Shown in pieces: positions 7,402 to 11,265 of a stretch of 11,265 nt of DNA. Positions within the stretch are counted from its first letter, which is position 1, and each line of letters starts with the position of its first letter. The notes beneath the pieces are model-generated. The model made no database searches and was not told the DNA's origin. It saw nothing but the letters and a program-made list of their open reading frames with translations. The translations under genes and the position numbers were made by a program. Source of the stretch: a bacterium (lineage in GTDB: Bacteria; Fidelibacterota; Marinisomatia; Marinisomatales; UBA1611); contig JAYPIC010000048.1 of assembly GCA_038127595.1 (NCBI GenBank), positions 1 through 11,265 on the forward strand. The letters run 5' to 3'.

Positions 7402-8322
7402 TTATATAATCTCTTTGACTCGGTCTTCTTTACCTTGGCTGTGACGAGCCATTATTTCACCGAGTAGTCCTATTGAAAAAAATTGAATCCCGATTATGAT
7501 TAAAACTATTCCAAGTAATAATAAAGCTATGTGTTTTGAAAATGGCTCTAAAAGAATAAACTTGTAATACAGCACTGCTAATTGAATGAGAAACCCGAAG
7601 GAAAAAGTAACAAGACCTATAGCACCAAAAAAGTGCAATGGTTGCTGAGTATACTTATTTAAAAACAAAATAGTGAGAAGATCAAAAAATCCATGGAATA
7701 TTCTCGATCCACCGTATTTTGTTTCCCCATGCAATCTTGGTCGATGATTAACTACAATCTCAGCGACAGAAAAGTTTTTTTGACCCGCTAGTGCAGGAAT
7801 ATAACGATGTCTTCCTCCAAAGACTTCAATAGATTTTACAACGGAACTTCTATAAGCTTTTAAGACACAATTAAAATCATGAATTTTCACACCAGTAAGT
7901 ATCCTAGTAACAAAATTAAAAATTTTTGAAGGAAATGTTTTTGTCCAAGGGTCATATCTCTTTTTTTTCCAACCTGAAACTAAATCAAAACCTTCGTTTA
8001 ACTTACTAATAAGTGCAGGGATTTCGTTTGGGTCATCTTGTAAATCAGCATCCATTGTTATGATAATATCACCCGAAGCATATTTAAAACCCTCAGAAAG
8101 GGCAGCAGATTTACCAAAATTTCTAAAAAAACTAATCAGCTTCACTCTAGGATCTTTTTCAATCATATTTTGAATGATTAACTTTGATTTATCAGAGGAA
8201 CCATCGTCAATAAATACTATTTCATGTTCTTCAAACATTTTGATTGAATCAGTTATCTGGTGATGTAATTCTCTTAAAGAGCCTTCTTCATTAAAAACTG
8301 GTATAATAATTGATAATTTCAC
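7402..8322 (-). CDS. Polyprenol-phosphate glycosyltransferase, GT2 (DPM1/ArnC/GtrB/CsbB-like)
   Basis: GTG start. Motifs LSIIIPVFNEE, IDDGSSD, RNFGKSAAL, MDADLQDDP, DLVSGWK and HRPRLHGETKY are present, with two C-terminal TM helices ending in GLLGEIMAR. Confidence 0.92.
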   Translation of the reverse strand: MKLSIIIPVFNEEGSLRELHHQITDSIKMFEEHEIVFIDDGSSDKSKLIIQNMIEKDPRVKLISFFRNFGKSAALSEGFKYASGDIIITMDADLQDDPNEIPALISKLNEGFDLVSGWKKKRYDPWTKTFPSKIFNFVTRILTGVKIHDFNCVLKAYRSSVVKSIEVFGGRHRYIPALAGQKNFSVAEIVVNHRPRLHGETKYGGSRIFHGFFDLLTILFLNKYTQQPLHFFGAIGLVTFSFGFLIQLAVLYYKFILLEPFSKHIALLLLGIVLIIIGIQFFSIGLLGEIMARHSQGKEDRVKEII

Positions 8323-8324
8323 GC

Positions 8325-8906
8325 TTAACTAAGGATAATATCCCAATATTTTTTTAAGTCCAAATAATTTTGATTAAATATCCTAGATTCAATTTTTATA
8401 GATAATTCTTGCCTATTTGTATTGTCAATAAATACTGCTTTATCAACAAATGAACTATCTGGATTACTTTTACCTAATTTAATTTCAATCTTCTCTTGTC
8501 TAGGTACGCTAATTTGTTTTGATATTATTTCTTCACCCCAAAGGAACTTAATTAAATGATTTGGGTTTAAAACAGATAAAAGTGGTATTATTTCGCTTAT
8601 ACTTGAATGGCTGTATTTTTTATTCTCAATTAAGTTCCACGCATCGATTGAGTCCCGAGTTAACCATAGCAATAATACCTTACGTCCAAGGAAATCTTGG
8701 AACTGACAAAAAGAGCTATCATTTTGAGACATAAAACTAAAGGTCAAATTACCGCTGAAATTTCCAACTGAGGATATTTGGCCGCGTCCAGTACATGATT
8801 TAACTTGATCAAAAATAATATCGTCACTATGACTTGCAAGCTCTTTATTTGTCGAAGCGCAATTAAAAAGAGTTAATAAAAAAAATGTAAGTAAAAATAT
8901 TTTCAT
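8325..8906 (-). CDS. Putative lipoprotein, LolB-like / DUF4292-like
   Basis: Short signal peptide with a lipobox-like L-F-N-C (Cys16) followed by ASTNK. The body is beta-rich, with NDSSFCQFQDFLGRKVLLLWLTRDS and LIKFLWG. It is translationally coupled (ATGA) to the upstream TPR gene. The CDS itself is confident; the fold assignment is inference. Confidence 0.6.
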   Translation of the reverse strand: MKIFLLTFFLLTLFNCASTNKELASHSDDIIFDQVKSCTGRGQISSVGNFSGNLTFSFMSQNDSSFCQFQDFLGRKVLLLWLTRDSIDAWNLIENKKYSHSSISEIIPLLSVLNPNHLIKFLWGEEIISKQISVPRQEKIEIKLGKSNPDSSFVDKAVFIDNTNRQELSIKIESRIFNQNYLDLKKYWDIILS

Positions 8907-10465
8907 TCAGTTAACATTTTTTGATGTATCTGGAGGCTATCTCCGCCTATGTCGATAGCTTCTAAGTAAATTAAGTTAGCTTTTGATATCTGATTCATTG
9001 CTTTTAATATATCTGCTAAATGCTCGACTATAACAGGGTTTGTACTATCTATACTGTATGATTGCTGGACGTATTCAAGAGATTTTTCATATTGTTCAAG
9101 GTGGAAATATATCCAGCCTAAAGTATCAAGATAGGGGGCAGAATTTGGCTGGACTTTGTTTGCAATCAAGGACATCTCTAAAGCTAATTCCAAATTAGCT
9201 TTACGCTCTACCAAGCTATAAGCAAAATTATTGTATGCTTGAGCATCTGTAGAATCCGTCTTAATAAGATCTAAATACAAACTGTCAGATTTTATCCACC
9301 GTCCTGTCTGATCATAAATCATCGCTAGAGTATGCTTACTACTTCTGGATTGGGGGTAGACTTTCAAAGCAAGTTTGAGATATTCTTCAGCGCTTGGTAA
9401 ATCTTCATTTTGAAAATAAGAAGTGCCTAGCAAATATAAAGCCGAATAATTATCTTTATATTTATCAATATTTGGCTTTAAATATGTAATCGCCTTTTCA
9501 GGAGAATCATTATTTAAAGAAATGATTGCGGCATTAATATATCCTGATTGATCATCAGGGTACTCTCGTAATAATATATCATTAAAAATGGTAGCATCTT
9601 TAAAATTTTCTTTTTCTAAGTATAGAGAAACGAGCCGTTTAACTATATCTAATTCAGAACTATCTGGAACATGAACTTCTACAAGAATTTTTATTGCACT
9701 ATCGATATCATTTAATTCTTGCAACACTGCACTTTTTTCAAGAGTCAAATTGGTTGTTTTTCCACTTATTCTTTCAAGTTCAGAAATAGCAAACAAAGTG
9801 TTTTCATAATTTTTGTTGTAAGCAGTTATCTGTTTATAAGTTATCCAATAATTGCTATTACTTGGATTATATTGCACTAATTTTTTACAAACTTCTTCTG
9901 CTTTATCATACAATTCTGCGCTCAAAGACAACTGCATAGCACTTTCAAGTGATTTAAAATTTTGGGGGTTAACCTCAAATGCTCTTAAGTAAAAATCGAT
10001 TGAATTATTCCATTGCTTTTGAAGCTTATATAAGTCACCAATTATTGTTAAATAGTTATCATTGTCCCCATCAATTTTTAAAAGAGCAAGAAATTGAACC
10101 AATGCTAGATCATATTGTCTATCCATTAGATATAATTGCCCAAGTAATTCTCTACCGCTTAAATCCTCAGGATCAAGATCAATTGCAATTTTAAGATGAT
10201 CTTCAGCTCGTCCTGATCTTCCCAGCCTCCTATATGCGTCAGCTATTGATATATGAATGGTTGAAGCATTGGGGTCGATGTCTAAAGCATCCTGAAATTC
10301 TAAAACTGCCAAAGCATAATTACCTTGATTAAGTAGAAATTCACCCTGCATAAAATAATGGATGGCAAGGTCTCTATTTTTTATATCATCTCCTTTTACT
10401 ACTAATATAGATAACGAAATAATTAAAAAACTTAAGTAACTAATTTTAATAAACTTATGCCGCAT
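8903..10465 (-). CDS. Exported tetratricopeptide repeat protein
   Basis: N-terminal basic + hydrophobic signal/anchor with no lipobox Cys, followed by repeated ~34-aa helical units (e.g. GNYALAVLEFQDALDIDP, AEEYLKLALKVYP). C-terminal block AYNNFAYSL...PNSAPYLDTLGWIYF...VIVEHLADIL. Confidence 0.92.
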   Translation of the reverse strand: MRHKFIKISYLSFLIISLSILVVKGDDIKNRDLAIHYFMQGEFLLNQGNYALAVLEFQDALDIDPNASTIHISIADAYRRLGRSGRAEDHLKIAIDLDPEDLSGRELLGQLYLMDRQYDLALVQFLALLKIDGDNDNYLTIIGDLYKLQKQWNNSIDFYLRAFEVNPQNFKSLESAMQLSLSAELYDKAEEVCKKLVQYNPSNSNYWITYKQITAYNKNYENTLFAISELERISGKTTNLTLEKSAVLQELNDIDSAIKILVEVHVPDSSELDIVKRLVSLYLEKENFKDATIFNDILLREYPDDQSGYINAAIISLNNDSPEKAITYLKPNIDKYKDNYSALYLLGTSYFQNEDLPSAEEYLKLALKVYPQSRSSKHTLAMIYDQTGRWIKSDSLYLDLIKTDSTDAQAYNNFAYSLVERKANLELALEMSLIANKVQPNSAPYLDTLGWIYFHLEQYEKSLEYVQQSYSIDSTNPVIVEHLADILKAMNQISKANLIYLEAIDIGGDSLQIHQKMLTE

Positions 10466-10468
10466 AAT

Positions 10469-11265
10469 TTAACCTGAGATTGAACTGTAAATTGTAACGT
10501 CATTGCCTCCATTTTCTTTTGTTTTATATAGGCCTTCATCCGCAAATTGAATTAAATCTTTAAGTGTATCTGAATCCTTGGGATACTCTGATAAACCACA
10601 GCTTATAGTCATATCTACCTCCTCCCCATTCATAGAAAAATTATAGTCTTGGATATTTTGCACTATTCTTTTGGCAACAGTAGTAGCTGCTTCTTTATTT
10701 GTATTAACCAGAACTACAGTAAACTCCTCTCCTCCATACCTGGCAACTAAATCAATGCTACGAACATTATCTTTAATAATTTTAGCAGTGGTCTTGATGA
10801 CATAATCGCCATAGGGGTGCCCTAAAGTATCATTGATTCTTTTAAATTTGTCTAAATCATAAATCAAAAACACCAATTGGTGCTGAAACCGCCTTGCTCT
10901 TTCAATCTCTTCTTGAGCTCTATCAATAAAAGTTTTATGGTTTAGCAAACCAGTAAGGCCATCTCTAATTGCATCTTCATAAATATTCTGATACTCAATG
11001 AACCATGACATACTGGTTTGCATTGCTCTAGCAATTAAACTTAAAAGGTCCTTATCTTTATTATTATAATTATTATGAGTGAATCTTTCTATTGTTATTG
11101 CACCCCAAAGACTTTCATTCAAGAATAACGGGACACTTAAAAAATTATTTTGAGAAAAATCATTTTTTTCATTAGGCGAAAACCGAAATAAATTATATTG
11201 TTCATTTGAACCAACGACTATATCATTTTTTACATAAGATAATCCATTGATGGTGCCATTTACAT
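10469..11265 (-). CDS. GAF-GGDEF diguanylate cyclase, partial (5' end outside the window)
   Basis: The frame stays open from the ORF-track start (11122) to the window edge: ...VNGTINGLSYVKNDIVVGSNEQYNLFRFSPNEKNDFSQNNFLSVPLFLNESLWGAITIER, a GAF-like FLSVPL...WGAITI pattern. It continues into DGLTGLLN, DLDKFKRINDTLGHPYGD, RSIDLVARYGGEEF and ADEGLYKTKENG. Confidence 0.95.
   Translation of the reverse strand, partial: VNGTINGLSYVKNDIVVGSNEQYNLFRFSPNEKNDFSQNNFLSVPLFLNESLWGAITIERFTHNNYNNKDKDLLSLIARAMQTSMSWFIEYQNIYEDAIRDGLTGLLNHKTFIDRAQEEIERARRFQHQLVFLIYDLDKFKRINDTLGHPYGDYVIKTTAKIIKDNVRSIDLVARYGGEEFTVVLVNTNKEAATTVAKRIVQNIQDYNFSMNGEEVDMTISCGLSEYPKDSDTLKDLIQFADEGLYKTKENGGNDVTIYSSISG

Noticed and set aside
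9979..10194. 71-aa plus-strand ORF
   Set aside because: Antisense to the TPR gene with no support.
2673..11265. Interpretation as a Pel/Bcs/Pga/Nfr-type synthase-dependent exopolysaccharide operon (DGC + TPR + GTs)
   Set aside because: No beta-barrel porin, deacetylase/hydrolase, co-polymerase or c-di-GMP receptor domain was recognised, and the TPR resembles the lolB-linked family instead.
1..11265. CRISPR arrays, tRNA/rRNA, riboswitches, IS elements, prophage or defence genes
   Set aside because: No intergenic gap exceeds 71 nt, and I saw no repeat-spacer pattern or transposase, integrase or nuclease motifs.

Overview
AT-rich bacterial chromosomal segment (roughly 30% GC or less, by eye) with 11 tightly packed genes, all on the minus strand. 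In transcription order they are: a GAF-GGEEF diguanylate cyclase (5'-truncated by the window edge), an exported TPR protein, a LolB-like/DUF4292-type lipoprotein, a DPM1/ArnC/CsbB-like polyprenol-phosphate GT2, a second GT2, a GT4, a YfhO-family (GT-C) membrane protein, an orphan sensor histidine kinase, yajC, def and fmt (3'-truncated; missed by the ORF track). The families look FCB-superphylum-like, but Shine-Dalgarno motifs are used, so a streamlined non-Bacteroidetes FCB lineage such as Marinimicrobia is plausible (inference only). I found no RNA genes, CRISPR arrays or mobile elements. The best candidate for an under-described system is a lipid-carrier (GT2 + YfhO/GT-C) envelope or protein glycosylation module in a diderm. 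It is co-organised with a TPR/LolB-like pair and bracketed by a c-di-GMP synthase and a translationally coupled orphan kinase. A 22-bp-period direct repeat overlapping a hairpin lies between the kinase and yajC.
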